Positions 1-13,319 of a DNA stretch of 44,946 nucleotides are shown piece after piece. Numbering within the stretch: the stretch's first letter is position 1; the number at the start of each line of letters is the position of its first letter. This DNA comes from Phoronis australis. Lineage: Eukaryota > Animalia > Phoronida. The stretch is from NCBI GenBank assembly GCA_002633005.1, contig NMRA01000250.1, forward strand, positions 367,140 through 412,085, written 5' to 3'. The notes below the pieces were generated by a model. That model saw only the letters and a program-made list of their open reading frames with translations, was not told where the DNA came from and searched no databases. Made by a program: the position numbers and the translations under genes.

Positions 1-280
1 ACTAATAGGTGCCTACATACCAAATTTCATGAAAATCCGTTCAGGACTTTTGAAGATACAAAGGTAAGCGTAAAAAACTAAAATTGCCACTAGGGGGCAC
101 ACCGGTAGTCGGATCCGTCCGAAAGTTCGCACATGCCGTCCCATTCATTAATGGAACATATGTGCCAAATTTCATGAACATATGTCAACGGGTTTTGGAG
201 ATAGAGCAGCGGACGCCGCCCGTACGGACGGAGATGACGGCATAATGCGTCCACTTATAAATATGTGGGCGCATAAAAAG
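1..280 (+). mobile_element. End of a Helentron-associated (HINE/DINE-1-like) repeat
   Basis: Repeated ccaaatttcatgaa core (21-34, 165-178), short GGAC microsatellite (~226-232), terminal stem-loop atgcgtccac..gtgggcgcat (245-274) followed by an A run. Confidence 0.55.
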
Positions 281-2989
281 TGACCAGAGTGTACTATCAA
301 GTCCTCAAGAGATGTAGCGCCAACAAAATGAAACTAGATAATTTGCTGAAGACATCTGCTTCAACTGAAAGAACATCATATTAAGTAGTTTTCCCACCAG
401 CACTTTTCCTTGTTGTACAGTCCCAGTCAGCGGGAAACAACTCTGGACCTAAACAGCCATCGCAACTCCTCCCACAATAGGTGGATCAAAACTGAGAAGT
501 TTAATAACTCTCCTAGAATGAAGAAGGTAAAATCCACTCCGACAGGGAACAGTGGCCAACGAAACCAATTGCAAAAAAATCTCAACAATTTGAGACAAAA
601 ATAATTGCCAAAATTGCACTTTTTTAACTTTTCAAGTGCTTTTCATCATTACGATATATCCACAATTTTTCAAAGTGTTATCTGTTGGTAGCTATGGTAC
701 TGAACTTGGACATAGAGACGTATCATCTTGATAAGCACTGAGGTGAAATTTGAAAATAAAACTTTATTTTCAAATTTCACCCGTCCGACAGATTGTGTCC
801 TGTGTTGTGAGATTTTACTAGTACTGAATACCCACATAACAATTAGTTCTGCATGAACTGAACGTTATACCACCATTCCTACTAGTTACACAGGACTCAT
901 CAGAATTTGTTTTGATAACTCTGCTGAGAAGTGCCAAGTAGATAACCAGAGCTAAACTCTAGTACCAGGTTCACATGACTGGTGAAAAGTGCTCATGCTA
1001 TATACTGTGTCAAAATGGTTGTGCTTAGGCTAGACAGAAGTGCTCTTGGCCAAGGGTCGTTTTTCGCTAGCACCAAAATCCTTAATTAAGTGAAAATTGA
1101 TGTCAAAGCACATTCATTCTCAAGAATAATTTGATTAATGCAAGAGTACTTAACACAGTCTTTTCCCCTGTGCAAGTGTGTCCTTTGAAAGTAAGCGGTC
1201 TGGTTACAAAAGTGCTTAGCAAAAACAATGATCAGCAGTTTTGAGGCATAACTGAAACTGAATATAAAAGTAACAGTAATGAAAGTTGAGATTACTGACA
1301 TTCTCACTCTTGGTGAAAGTCCTCAAGAAAATGATAACGATTCAGCCAGATTATGATGGGTATAAGACAGAATATCAGAGCTCTTCTAGTTGTATTTGTT
1401 GAGATAAGATACTGACAGTTTATTTAATGATACATTCATAGAATATGATATCCAAACATGGCTGACTCACCAACCACCACTTCAAGTGCATCTTGGGTAG
1501 CACATGGGCCACTGTTGGTACACAAAGCTCAAGGATATTAGATTAATGGGGAAATTGAGCTAAGTAAGAGAAGTACTGCAGGACGAAAAATTTTCATATC
1601 TGACCCAAATACACAACTCATTTCTAAAGAATTTAGGGCCATGTCCACAAGTTCTGAGTAAGTGAGAACATTTTTACTTAATATACAAATCTTCACTAGA
1701 AAATAAAATAAAAGAAAGGTAATTAAAGGGGAAATGATTTTGCAAACTGTCAAAAAACACCATTGACTTAGGCCCATTAAAGGAAATTGTACTCATTATT
1801 TGTATTGTTCCTTGCACAAGATTAGAAATGATTTCTGGGCTTGAGACGAACTAAGTTGTTTCTGCTTCTGACCAGGACTCATAGGGGGAGTTAAGGTAGC
1901 TTCACCCACCAAGGCAGTAAGGCTGGCAGGGGAATTTCAGACGATTTACGTACTATTGTCGTTCCCATGTGAAAATCATCTGAAATAATCCCGGTATTTC
2001 TTCGGCAAATATTTACTACAAAAAATGTTGGCACTGAGGCACAAATCTTCTGGGACTCTTTTTTTGAGTTCCGTTAAATTTCACGGGATTATTCCGGGAA
2101 ATTTTCAGTGTTCTCCCTGCACAGTGATTGGAAATTTTGGGCCATGTTTGAAAAGTTCTGAGCCATGGATAAATCCTTGAGCCATGAGTGAAGAGCACGT
2201 TTTTCTCTGCTTCACAAGACAACTGTTGAAATGGTGGTATATAGTGGTACATATTTTTATCAAATTGACTTTGCACTAAATTGACAATGAAATGTTCTGC
2301 AAGTGAAAATAAAGTGTAACTAGTTGTTTTTTAGAAATACAACACAAGGAATATTAAGAGAAACTGTCACATATACACATTTGAATTGTTGCTCAGCCTT
2401 CATTCATCACTTTGACATTTGTTAACTCAATTAAAATTCCAAGCCAGACTGGTGTCTAACAAAGGCAGAATTTTAATTCAAACAAAGGATCTAAAAACAT
2501 GTTTTCGAAGAACAAAACCTCTGTGAAGAAAGTTGCTGGTGTTTTTAACACCAGGGCCCAGTTTCATGAAAAGTGACTTCAGGCAGAAATTTGGTCTTAC
2601 ACTCCACACAACTATTTATGAAAAATGATTAAATTTCACTTCAGAACAAAAGTTCCTAAGAATATGCACATAACCACTAGTTGTAAAGTTGAGATAATTT
2701 CTAGAAATTATTTTCAGACTGTGATGTGCTTATAATCACTTGGTCAAGTAAATCTTTATTCGGCAATTTTGTAGTGGGTGTGTAACATTTAATTTCTCTC
2801 GATCGCTTGGTGTCGAAATGAGTGAATAAGGCCGTCCCGGATTGCACAGCAACACTTGCATCTCGCTGTATTTAACCACAATACTGTAAACATCTGTCTT
2901 GTTTTCGTGCCATTGGAGTTACACAAGTTCTTTGTTGTTGTCTGATTCTTCACAAGTTTTTCTCGGTTGCATTACTCAATATTTTTCCA

Positions 2990-3110
2990 ATGCCAACGAA
3001 GTATTACTGCTGTGCTGTTGGCTACAACTCCAACGTGAGAAAGTTTGATAAACTGGACAAATACCTATGGATGCGTGATCTGAAATTCTTCGCCTTACCA
3101 AAATCAATGA
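2990..3110 (+). pseudogene. Truncated THAP zinc-finger N-terminus, probably a DNA transposon remnant
   Basis: MPTKYYCCAVGYNSN...KFFALPK fits MxxxCxVxGCxN...FFxxP, with the second Cys mutated. No CxxHF half follows. Confidence 0.55.
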
Positions 3111-3644
3111 GATACATGAAAATGTGCCTATTCCAAAACCAGGTCACCCGTTTTCTTATCTCCGGGACAAGGGAGAGTTCTATCACCATGTAATATGGGA
3201 CGGCCCTATTAGATGTCACCAGAGTATCAACGTGGTCAACTTTAGGTACCATAATACTTTTGACAGTTGTAAATGTTTCGCAAACATGAACCATACTGTA
3301 GAAAGATATCAACAACAGAAATTTTATTATACGAAAAAAGTTAACAGCTGTCAAAAACGCATGCACTAAGAATTGGGTAAATTTGTAAGACAATAAATCC
3401 AGGAACAAACGAAGGTTGCTCAAGACATGAATATGAAAAGACTTTAAACTCTAAATTGGAATTGTAAATCCAACTGTATCTTGAAAATAATTGAGCTACA
3501 TTGTAGTGAAAATGACCTAACATATCAAAAGTGAAGATATGACAACTGGTCCAACCATCAAACCAGTCGGAATTTGAATAACATAAAATATGATTAATTT
3601 ACAGGACAAGCTTCTTTTTTGGGGTATTGCAGTTCTGGCTATGG

Positions 3645-3756
3645 AGTAATAGTCACTTACAGGGGTCCCCGCATTTTGAGAACCAGCTTTCCCACTGAGT
3701 AACAGGCATCAAACTGGTTCTCAAAATCCGGGATCTCTTTTTAAATGACTATTACT
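3645..3756. mobile_element. Hairpin MITE (~45-bp imperfect arms, ~20-bp spacer)
   Basis: agtaatagtca...ttttgagaaccag / ctggttctcaaaa...tgactattact. Confidence 0.65.
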
Positions 3757-4430
3757 GACCGGCAAAGGTATTGGGAGGCTATTATTAGAAATAGCACTTC
3801 TTGCACACTTTACTGTGTTGTCTTCCATACACTGGCCCAATCAGAGACCTTATCCTAATCATCTCAACTACCTCTGAAGGGCCTGACTACAGGGGCAAGA
3901 CATGGAATGATAGTGACCTGTAACTGACCCTTTCCAAGAAGGATGATTTTCTTTTCATTTAATGAAACCCTGTAAATACAAGATGATAACAGGTTGGTGA
4001 CTATAAATATCCTAGGGCGTCAGCTTATGCACATTTGAACATTAACTTTTGACTTGGTACAAAGTGATCAGCATTCAATAGATACCGTGTAGGGCAGCAT
4101 CCGAGCACTTGGCACGGTGCAAGCTGAGCATTGGCCTCAAAAGCTTTCCATAGACACTACATAGGACAGCATGAGTAGTAGAAAGCCACATAGATGCCAA
4201 CAGAAAAGAGCAAATGTCCACTACAATACCAGAAACACCATGGCATGTCCATGTTTGTTTCATTTCTTTAGTCATGTCTGTGAAATGGAACAGGGAGGAA
4301 CAGGACAAGAGAATAGGTGCAAAAGTGGAAATCAGTTCCACTTAACTGTACCAAGAGGGAGACTCGGTGATAGCTTCATCAACAAGGAACAAAAAAAATT
4401 AATGAGTCAGTTGGACCAACAAATATGAAG

Positions 4431-4640
4431 AGGCAGTGTGGCCTAGTGGGATAAGTGTCCGTGTTCCTTTACTCAAGGTCTTGGGTTTGAGTCCCACTGG
4501 CACACACTGCTAGACCCTTGAGTCCCACTGGCACACACTGCTAGACCCTTGAGTCCCACTGGCACACACTGCTAGACCCTTGAGTCCCACTGGCACACAC
4601 TGCTAGACCCTTGAGTCAGGTCTCCAGCTCCTCAGCTCAG
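4431..4640 (+). mobile_element. tRNA-derived SINE head
   Basis: A box TGGCCTAGTGG (~4438-4448) and B-box-like GGTTTGAGTCC (4484-4494). Confidence 0.6.
4487..4617 (+). repeat. 31-bp tandem repeat x4.2 (ttgagtcccactggcacacactgctagaccc)
   Basis: Four identical units read directly from the sequence. Confidence 0.97.
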
Positions 4641-5799
4641 TTTTAACTATGTATTAATAAAGCATAAAATGGTTCCATGTGATCAGTGCAATGGGCCCAC
4701 ATGCAGGGCATGCGCACGTCTGGTACAATGTGTGTCAGACCGCCTGCAATTATTTGTTTAGATCAACAAATTGAGCAGATTCTCAACGCGATATTTCTTC
4801 TTGTAATCAAATGTAATGAAGAGATATTTTCCAATGATGCCATTAGTAGGATTAACCATCAATGGCCTAAAACAAATATCCATGAGAGACGATAACACAG
4901 GTATCAAAGCCAGAGTGTAATTGACTCAAAATCTTAAGGCATAAAAGTGAAAGGAATGCCGGTATTCATTGTTTTCTATCTTCCATAACCACTACTCGCA
5001 CATATGCTTATTCACACAGAGTCGTGAAAGCTGAATCTGTCTGACATTCAAATCTCATTCCTCATATCGTATCTTGAAAAAATTGGTTTTCGGTAGACAG
5101 GAGCAGTTGAAGTGTTGTGGTTGTGACTACGTTATCCTCTCAAAGTAGAACTATAAACCCAGTTTCCATCCCAAAAACAAACTTTTGAATTGTTTCCTAG
5201 TCACGAATATTATAGCACGGCTTTGCGCCATTAGCGCACAAAAAATAATAAGGCATACTTTTTTATCACAGGTGCACCCAAAAGGCACAGGATCAAACCT
5301 GGTCAGGAATATTCCTGTTACAGACATGATTTCAGGTCTTGAATTCTAAAAAAGCTGCCTGTTCATTGTTCGACAGCTGCATCTTCAAGTATAATGCGAC
5401 TTGTCATAGATGACATGTCATTTTATTTGTCGAGCATTGTCTCGCGTTCAATAATGAAGTCAATTGTTTGCAATTTGTTGATCACCTGAAAGTTAATTCC
5501 TTTTTTAATTTCTAAAATAGAACATCTAGAGAAACAGTCACTTATGTTTCTGACTTTTTTACGAACCAAAGGCTAATTTGCTAATGCTTTGAAGATAGGT
5601 GTAGACATAACCAGTCCCACTCAAAGTGGGAGTGCCAGGCCCACAAGTTCGGTGAGTCAGTGACAGTGAGTAAGTGGGCCCTTCGGCCAGGGCATTCGAT
5701 CAAGTTTATTTTCTTCTTTGCCAGCGCAACGTTCACAATGGGTCAGATTATTTTGCTATCTCATTTACAACCAATAATTTCTGAATAAACAATCATTAA

Positions 5800-5950
5800 C
5801 TTACCTGTCACCAATTTATGTTGAACACGTTGGAAAACAAGCAGCAGGTTTTCGAAAAGTTGTCCTCACATCGCCATTATCGTGTCACTTGGTGCGGGAA
5901 CTGCAGCTAGCGATTGCAACGGCAAGTCGACAAACTATTCATTGGTTCTC
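5800..5950 (-). promoter_or_regulatory. Candidate promoter and non-coding first exon of a minus-strand gene continuing left of the window
   Basis: Strong minus-strand donor CAG|gtaagt at 5805, YY1-like aATGGCG (~5872-5878), CCAAT box at 5941-5945, local CpG enrichment. No downstream coding exon found in 1-5800. Confidence 0.35.
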
Positions 5951-8900
5951 CGCCGGCCGGAGCGGCCAGATTTAGTGGTGCACCGCTTCCTTTCCATGGG
6001 CGGCTCACCAAAGGGGGCTGGAGGGGCTATAGCCATCCCACTTTTTTCAGTGCTGGACCGCCCATGGGCTATGGGTGGTGCACCACAGGAGGGCTGGGGG
6101 GCTTTAGCCCCACTTTTTTCAGTGCTGCGCCGCCCCCACTTGACGTGATGGTATATTATTCAGTGTTGTCGAATATTTTTATCTCCAATTCTACTGTTTT
6201 ATATCCATCAGCAGAAAGAACGTAAACGACAAATTTTGATATTGCGAAAAATTGATCCAGAAACGTGGCTGATGTGTCATCGTGCCCCATAGGAGGCCGC
6301 AGTCATTTTTGCATAGACATAGACAGATAGATATGTTTGGAAAGTCTGAGTAATAGTGAGAAACGCCAAGTAAAATACATCGAAGAGAAATGAAATCTTA
6401 ACACATGATAACACAAAGTTAAGCTATGACCTCCACGTGAAGCACAATTAACTTACAAATAAATTAAATATATCACCCAATATAAACAATAATAACATTA
6501 ACAAAAAGAAACAACAAATAATAAAGAAGTTCAATTATTTCCATCGTTTGGCCTCGTATTCACCAAACAATGTTTAATTTTAGGCCAAAACGAAAGCTAA
6601 GACCTCAGATACTGTTTGATATATCTGAGCTAAGACTGTATGGATCGAATTAGGTGTACGGATTCGCTTGTTCTGTGAAATTGTACTGAAAATGTTTGTA
6701 TAGACCAAGTAAATTTCTACTCCATAAAAATACTTTTAATAAGAATTTTGATTAATTTCTGAACCAACAAATAAAACTTTGAATCTGAATACCATGAAAT
6801 GGAATGTTTAGAACAAAAACAGTTTTGACTTAACTCTTCACTTTTACCAAAATGAAGACACAAACCATTATCCACTAATCATTCACCGACAGGCCTTAAG
6901 CGCAGTTGTCAGCCTATTCCCAGAAAAAATCATCAGTGTATTCCACATCATGCAGTAAAAATAAAATTAGTTCCAGGATGTTCTCGTGTATTAAGTCAAA
7001 GGTTATACTACTTTCTCAAGACTGGAATTTCTCCATTAAAAATTATTAAGTTGTTTTCTGTCTGCCAAATAAGAGGTAACTCATTTTGTAGGGTCAATAT
7101 TTAGACGAAAAATTGGACTTAATTTTCCAATGAGCCTTTTTAAAGGCAAAAAAACTATTCTCAAATAGTTTCTTCCATCAATTCCAAGCCGGTATGCATA
7201 CAGTTAATTTGATAGTATATGTGTCCGTAGAATATGCTTCCTTAAGGCCTGATAGAAGCGTATAACCAGGTAACGGGTTCAATTTGACTACATATAGGCC
7301 TATTCGTACAATTGATCATATGTACAACACTCTTTCAAAATCTTAGATATCCCACTTATAATTTGAAAATAGTCAGTGGACTGTAGCCTACCGGTTACTG
7401 ACAACAGTTTTTTAATATATATTGTACACTACAGAATCACTCCAGCACATTTTATAATGAGGTTTTATACCAGAAGATAATAGTCCATGTCAAAAGGTTC
7501 ACCGATGAACCCAGCAACATCATTCAGACATAATTGGTTGGCAAACCAATTTTAGCACCTTGCAGTGAACTGAGTTTTGTCTGGAGTGTGCTTTTTTAAA
7601 CGTTCAAATTCAGGACATAAAGGGTGTTTCAAAATGTACATTCTAAATGTCAGTAACGGTGCTTATTGAATAGGGAATAACATTACTTGATTAAAGTCAT
7701 AAAGAAGTGTCTAAAAAGAAGGAATAAACCTTTAAACCAAAATAATTAAAAAATGTTTATTTACTTGGGAAGAAGATTAGCGGCACATTACACTTGTGGA
7801 AAGTTGTGGAGTTTCAAGTAGCATACGCGATAAATTTTCGTTCTTCCAAGCCGAGTCGTTTGTTTGCCATTTCAATGCATTATAGAACACTCGATGGCTC
7901 GCGCTTACATTGCGAAGTTGACGAAAGAACACGTGGTGAGTTCCTCCTAGGTTTCGCTGAAGGAGATGAAACTTGACATGGAATGGCGTAACTTGGCGGA
8001 GCCAAAAGCACTAGGCTTGGGTCGGGATTGTTCGTGTCTAATTGTCAGTGTTTTACTTGAAGGACATCGAGTTTGTTAATTTTGCTTACTACTGAAATGA
8101 TGATTAAAGCGGATACACAAACCCTCTAGTGAAATCGGCCTCAGATTGTTCCTGAATAAAATTATGTTTCTGGGGCATCAAAGAACGGACAGTATAATGA
8201 TTACTCAAGGCCACTCTCCACAACTTGATTTGCAAGGCGTGTCATTATATATATGTCGAACATGGTCTCCAGGAATAACCAACTTTTAGTTCTTTGTTAT
8301 TTATTTCACAAATCACTTCTCAACTGAAAAAGAAACAAGTTACGACTTGATTCCGTTAATTAAAAGTGGTCCAAATCTAATGTTTACTTCTCGGACGGAA
8401 CGCAGCCTGTTTCATAGCCGCTTTCAAAACGGCTGGCCTACACTTTACGGGATCCTTCTAAAAGTAATCGATGCTGGCGGGTAGTTAGTACACAACAGAA
8501 ACAAGGACTTACTTTGAAAATGGTTTTGTTTTAATGCTTGAGTGACCCTCAAAACACTAGGTAATCATGCACTCAATTTGTTCAATTACATCACAGTAAG
8601 TCAGTGACATACTGCAAAATAATAAATACACTTTAGTAATTCCGGCACTAAAGTTGCATGAAAACTTGCTGGGCATTTCTCGGCTTATTAAAGTTATGGG
8701 TGACCTTATTGACAAGTCTGTGAATTAAGCCAAATATATACAAAACCATAAAATCTAACTCAATAAACGTATACATTTTCTTAATTACCGAGGAAGCTTG
8801 TAGAATTCGACTTTTTCTTTACACCAATGTGCCATTGATTAGGTCACGTGACGATGTCTTTTTAGTACCAAACAAACATTAATGGTGAAATATTTTAAAA

Positions 8901-9222
8901 ACACTGTTACAGCTTTCTAAATTTACATTTCGTTTTCGTTTTCTGCAGCATTTGATTTGTTGATAAAAATCATGAAAGCCCCATTTTCCGTTAGCCCCTC
9001 ACACGAAAGTTTTACCGACTCAACTATTTATAAAGATCCGTTACCATAACATCGGCCTTCAGTCAATCTTTTAGACCCCACGTAAATGTTTTGAAATTAA
9101 CAAAACTTGTACACCCAGCAAACTGCAAAACTTCCCGTGAACAACTGTTACACAACTGGGTCCTGATGCTAAATTCCTAACCCATATAACTAAGTGAGCC
9201 CTTTTCACAGAATTTGTCTGAA

Positions 9223-9629
9223 ATGACATCCTATCCCATACTGGTGAAAACCCCACAAATGGCATCCTATGCTATACTGGTGAAAACTCCACAAATGGCA
9301 TCCTATCCCATACTGGTGAAAACCCCACAAATGGCATCCTATCCTATACTGGTGAAAACCCCACAAATGGCATCCCATCCTATACTGGTGAAAACTCTAC
9401 AAATGGCATCCTATCCTATACTGGTGAATGAAAAACCCATGGCACAAATGACATCCTATGCTATACTGGTGAAAACCCTACAAATGGCATCCTATCCCAT
9501 ACTGGTGAAAACCCCACAAATGGCATCCTATGCTATACTGGTGAAAACCCCACAAATGGCATCCTATCCTATACTGGTGAAAACCCCACAAATGCCATCC
9601 TATCCTATACTGGTGAAAACCCCACAAAT
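9223..9629 (+). repeat. 36-bp minisatellite, ~11 copies (atggcatcctatcctatactggtgaaaaccccacaa)
   Basis: Direct reading; generates the repetitive ORF 9214..9633. Confidence 0.97.
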
Positions 9630-10453
9630 CTGAGCGACATTAACGTGTAAGAGTTTTGAGCTGAGTGTGGGAAAATGGGACACACATTTCAAATGAATTA
9701 CAAGCTACTGTTTTCAAGAAAAAGAAAATATTTACATGAATTAATGTTATGATTGAAACACTGTTATTTTCATTGAGGCACTATATATCCAGGCCAAATT
9801 GCATAATTACAGGTAAAAGGACAGCTAAGTCACAATTTTTGTAAAAAGCCTTTCAACATCTATGGTGGGAATTCATCAAATCCTTTTGGACTCTAACCTG
9901 GGAGAAAACTACAGTTTCTACAAGAAAACATAACCACCATTTAAATTGATTATTTTTTGAACTTGAAAGAGCAAAAACTAACTGCAGAAAAAGTATATTA
10001 AGAGTCTTACTTGGATGGTGACACACGGAACTCACTTGGCCAATCACACATTCAGTGAGTAATAAACAAAAGAACATGTGATGTGGTCAGTGGGATTACT
10101 TTTGGGAATCCTATCATAGAGTTGTGATGAAGGTGAGACAGACTACAAAGTGTCAGTGGGTTGCTTCAAAGTAAAACAAACAATAAAAATCTAATTCAAT
10201 TTAATTCATAGAAAACATTGCACGGGAAAAAGACCATTCACTAATGGATCATCTTTATAAATCACAGTCAACAAAAATAGAAAAAGATTCAGAATACATT
10301 CCTGTAGTCTAAATTAATTAATAAGGAAGAAATTCAATTCTTTGTGTTCTAAATTGCCAAGCTGCCAAAAAGCTCTTAGCACAGTTAATCCACTCAGCAG
10401 TATCTACATCTTGAGACCAAATTCCAGTGAAGAGTGTTGATACGCGCCCACCC

Positions 10454-10618
10454 AGTCATAGATGGACCCAGGGTGGGGGCTCAAGGGGGCCTGGATACCC
10501 TTTTTGCCCTTGATTTTAGTGTCATCAAATGTAAAATATCCAAATTATTGATTTGGATCCCCCTTTTTACAAAAAATATTGATTTGACCCCCTTTTAAAA
10601 ATCCTGGATCTGCCCCTG
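10454..10618. mobile_element. Short GC-ended MITE (…aaaatcctggatctgcccctg terminus family)
   Basis: G-run/C-run ends. Same terminus type as ~25865-25882, ~43140-43155 and, inverted, 42020-42036. Confidence 0.5.
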
Positions 10619-11631
10619 CCAGTGCATCACAAACGGCAAAGAAAGAGCAATACTAGTGAACTTACACTTGAGTCTACAGGAGGCAGTGCCGGTCATCCGA
10701 AAATTGACAAGTACAGTCCTCTTAGAAACTAAATTTACCCACATAGGGCACCACCGACTGCAGCCAGTAATCTCCACATGAACAGGCATTGCTTGCAGTT
10801 TCGTCAAGCAAAGGTTTTCAATGTTCTACCTCCACAGTTTTTATGAAACATACCTGGATAACAAAATCATCAAAAATATTCACAGTACCTAATTATAAGT
10901 GAAATCTTCCTGTAAATAACACGACTTAAACACCTACAACAGACAATCCGCTTTTACAATATCCTTAGCGTGCATTTTGACTCCACGTTGCATGCAAATT
11001 GTTCACTCCACCAAATTGACAGAGACACTCCGCAGGTTCCAAAGCAAAATGCCTAGATGCTAACATAATTTGCTGAAATAAAAATAGCACCAACTCGCCA
11101 TAATTGTCTGTAAATATTGCAAACTGACTACATAAATCGATCAACTTTATGGTGAAAAGCACATGTATCATCATTTGCTTCACTGAGCATTGTAACTACC
11201 AAAGATAAGGTTTTGGTTTGCAAAAACTCGGAACCACTAAATTTCTACCTGTACTGGAGATGACTGCAACATGCATCAGCATACACGTCCACGTGATTGC
11301 ATATAAAAATCATTTTGCAAAGTAATTATCACAAGTAGGCAACATCAGGTAAATATAAGAGCTACCCACAATCCCACTTACTGTACCGCAGACGATACCC
11401 ACACATCCAATATTCACTGTACCACAGACGATTAATTTTGAAATAAAGGGATTAGTCCTGGGTCTCTTTTTTATAAATTAAAAAAACCAACAAAAAATTA
11501 ACAAGTTACAAATTTCAAGTTCCATACTGAACCTACCAATAACAGTATTTTGAAAAATGGTGACACTTCACTTACACAAATGAATTTATTGTTGACACTA
11601 AGGAATGTTTAGCATTTTTATTAATTTTTGT

Positions 11632-11950
11632 TCACTGTGGCTTTGCTACCACGACGATCTCATCACCGTCCCTGATATTCAAACTATACAGATACTTGGA
11701 CGGATATCGTAGCTCCTCTTCGCCACCAGGTCCACCCACGTCTCTGTAAAACAACCTCAGTTTGGATGCCGGTAGACCCGTTAAATCTTTCAATTGTTTC
11801 TTCAGTTGCAACACCGTCTGCTTCACGTTGATCTTCATGTTCTGTATCCTATCTTCGAATTCCACTGCCACAACGACGTCTGTCTTTGGTTTCAAGCTTA
11901 CCGCCACTAATGGGTCTAGCTTGCCATATTTTTCTTCCAATCTGAAATAC
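11632..11950 (-). CDS. TBCEL: TBCEL last coding exon, C-terminal ubiquitin-like domain (YFRLEEKYGKLDPLVAVSLKP...LYSLNIRDGDEIVVVAKPQ*)
   Basis: ttgtag|G acceptor, phase 2; stop TGA at 11634-11632. KYGKLxPL and LYSxxIRDGD motifs. Summed CDS is 1293 nt (430 aa). Confidence 0.95.
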
Positions 11951-12019
11951 CTACAAAAATCCAAGTTGTGCAGCAATCGATCTTCCATTTTAAAGCAGTA
12001 GCACTAACAAACTTCCGCA

Positions 12020-12400
12020 CCATTAGGCCCATAGATGTCCGTGTGGAACTGCGTTCATATGCAAAATTTAGGAGCACATGCCAAATTAATACCACTTGGG
12101 TAAAAAAGCCGCAAAAAAGGGATTATTTCGAATATAGGCCCATGGGCCTCAAGGCACAGCAATATAGTAAACCAAAAACTATTTACTAAAATTTCTTGAA
12201 AACACATTGAGGAACTCCAAAGATAGAGAAGCAAATGTAAAAATTGCCACTAGGGGACACAGCAGTTATGCAAATTAATGTACGGGCCTATGCAGAGGGC
12301 ATTACCTGGGCTTATACCTGAACTTGAGCTGCGAAAAAGGTATTATTTCAGATACAGACCCATGGGCCTAAAGGCACGGCAATATGGTAGCCATTTTTTT
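12020..12400. mobile_element. Decayed relative of the 1-280 repeat, with an internal ~55-bp duplication
   Basis: Shares aaaattgccactagggg(g/a)cac with ~80-100. Near-duplicates at ~12114-12168 and ~12334-12389. Confidence 0.45.
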
Positions 12401-12699
12401 ATTGCAGCACATAACAATACAACAATGATACTGAGAATGAGCTGGGGTCTGTTTCATGAAATGTGACCTAACACTTAAAATTACATGATCATAGAAAGTG
12501 TTCCAATTTGGCTAACTTTGGAATTTCATATCTCACAATTGACTGATTGGCTTCACATGAAACTTTCAGATACTGATGCTTTACGCACCGTTCTCCAAAG
12601 CATTACGAAATTGTTTTTAAAATTTCCACTTTTGCACAAGGGGTATTTAAAAATAGGAATGCAAAAAACTCTTAGTGGTGCGTAAAATGACTGCAAAAC

Positions 12700-12830
12700 C
12701 ATACGTGTGGACTTTCGTTTCACATGTTTGCCTGAGGTACGGGTATGCAGATGCCAGTGTAACAAACAAGCCGAGACTCAAGCTCAGGCTGCGGGAGTGA
12801 CCAACAATACTTTAACCACCACACCACGGT
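12700..12830 (-). mobile_element. Decayed tRNA-derived SINE head
   Basis: Minus strand reads ccgTGGTGTGGTGGttaa...gcttgagtc (A box and degenerate B box). Confidence 0.35.
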
Positions 12831-13167
12831 GACAAGTTTCCAACATAAAAGCAGAACATAATGTCTTTATACAGCTGTTAGGCTCCAAAGAAGCCTGATC
12901 ACTTACAAGCCTGATGGACGAAAACCTTAAAGCGCTGTACTTTACAAATAGAAGCCATTCGGGCAAAAACTACAATGTGCAGCGTATGCTTAACCAGGTG
13001 TCCTAATGGCAGATGTGTATGGCAGGGTGACATCTGGTGGCAATCACAAAAACTAACTCAAGGGTAAATAAATGAAGAAAAGATGAAGAGTAGCCAGTGA
13101 CTGTATTTGAATAATTCAAGAATTTGAAGCGGAAAAAAATACTTTACTTGATGCAGTTCTTATGTAC

Positions 13168-13319
13168 CTGGCTGGTTGATTGGTTGATGACATGTAGTAC
13201 CTAATATAGGCACGTTCTGCATCTTCTCGCTCAATTGCTGAGACAGAGCTGCCATTAAGTTTAGTCACGTTACCAATAGATGCCACCACCAGTTGACGAC
13301 GCAGCTTTTCCTCTATATC
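13168..13319 (-). CDS. TBCEL: TBCEL coding exon 6 ([42 protein letters not shown]...)
   Basis: gattatag|GAT acceptor, AG|gtacat donor, 152 nt, phase 0->2. LRR-cap motif KLNGSxVxxxEREDxERxxIRYY. Confidence 0.93.

Noticed and set aside
410-2300. Short ORFs in the track here and across the introns
   Set aside because: Low-information peptides with non-ATG starts and no motifs, as expected by chance in AT-rich non-coding DNA.
4431-4500. tRNA gene
   Set aside because: Only A/B-box similarity is present. There is no cloverleaf and it runs into a tandem array, so it was treated as a SINE head.
8843-8852. Perfect GTCACGTGAC (CLEAR/USF E-box)
   Set aside because: An isolated 10-mer not adjacent to any supported TSS.
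9214-9633. 139-aa ORF of MASYPILVKTPQ repeats (peptide-precursor-like)
   Set aside because: It is a by-product of a 36-bp minisatellite. There is no signal peptide, no dibasic cleavage sites and no exon context.
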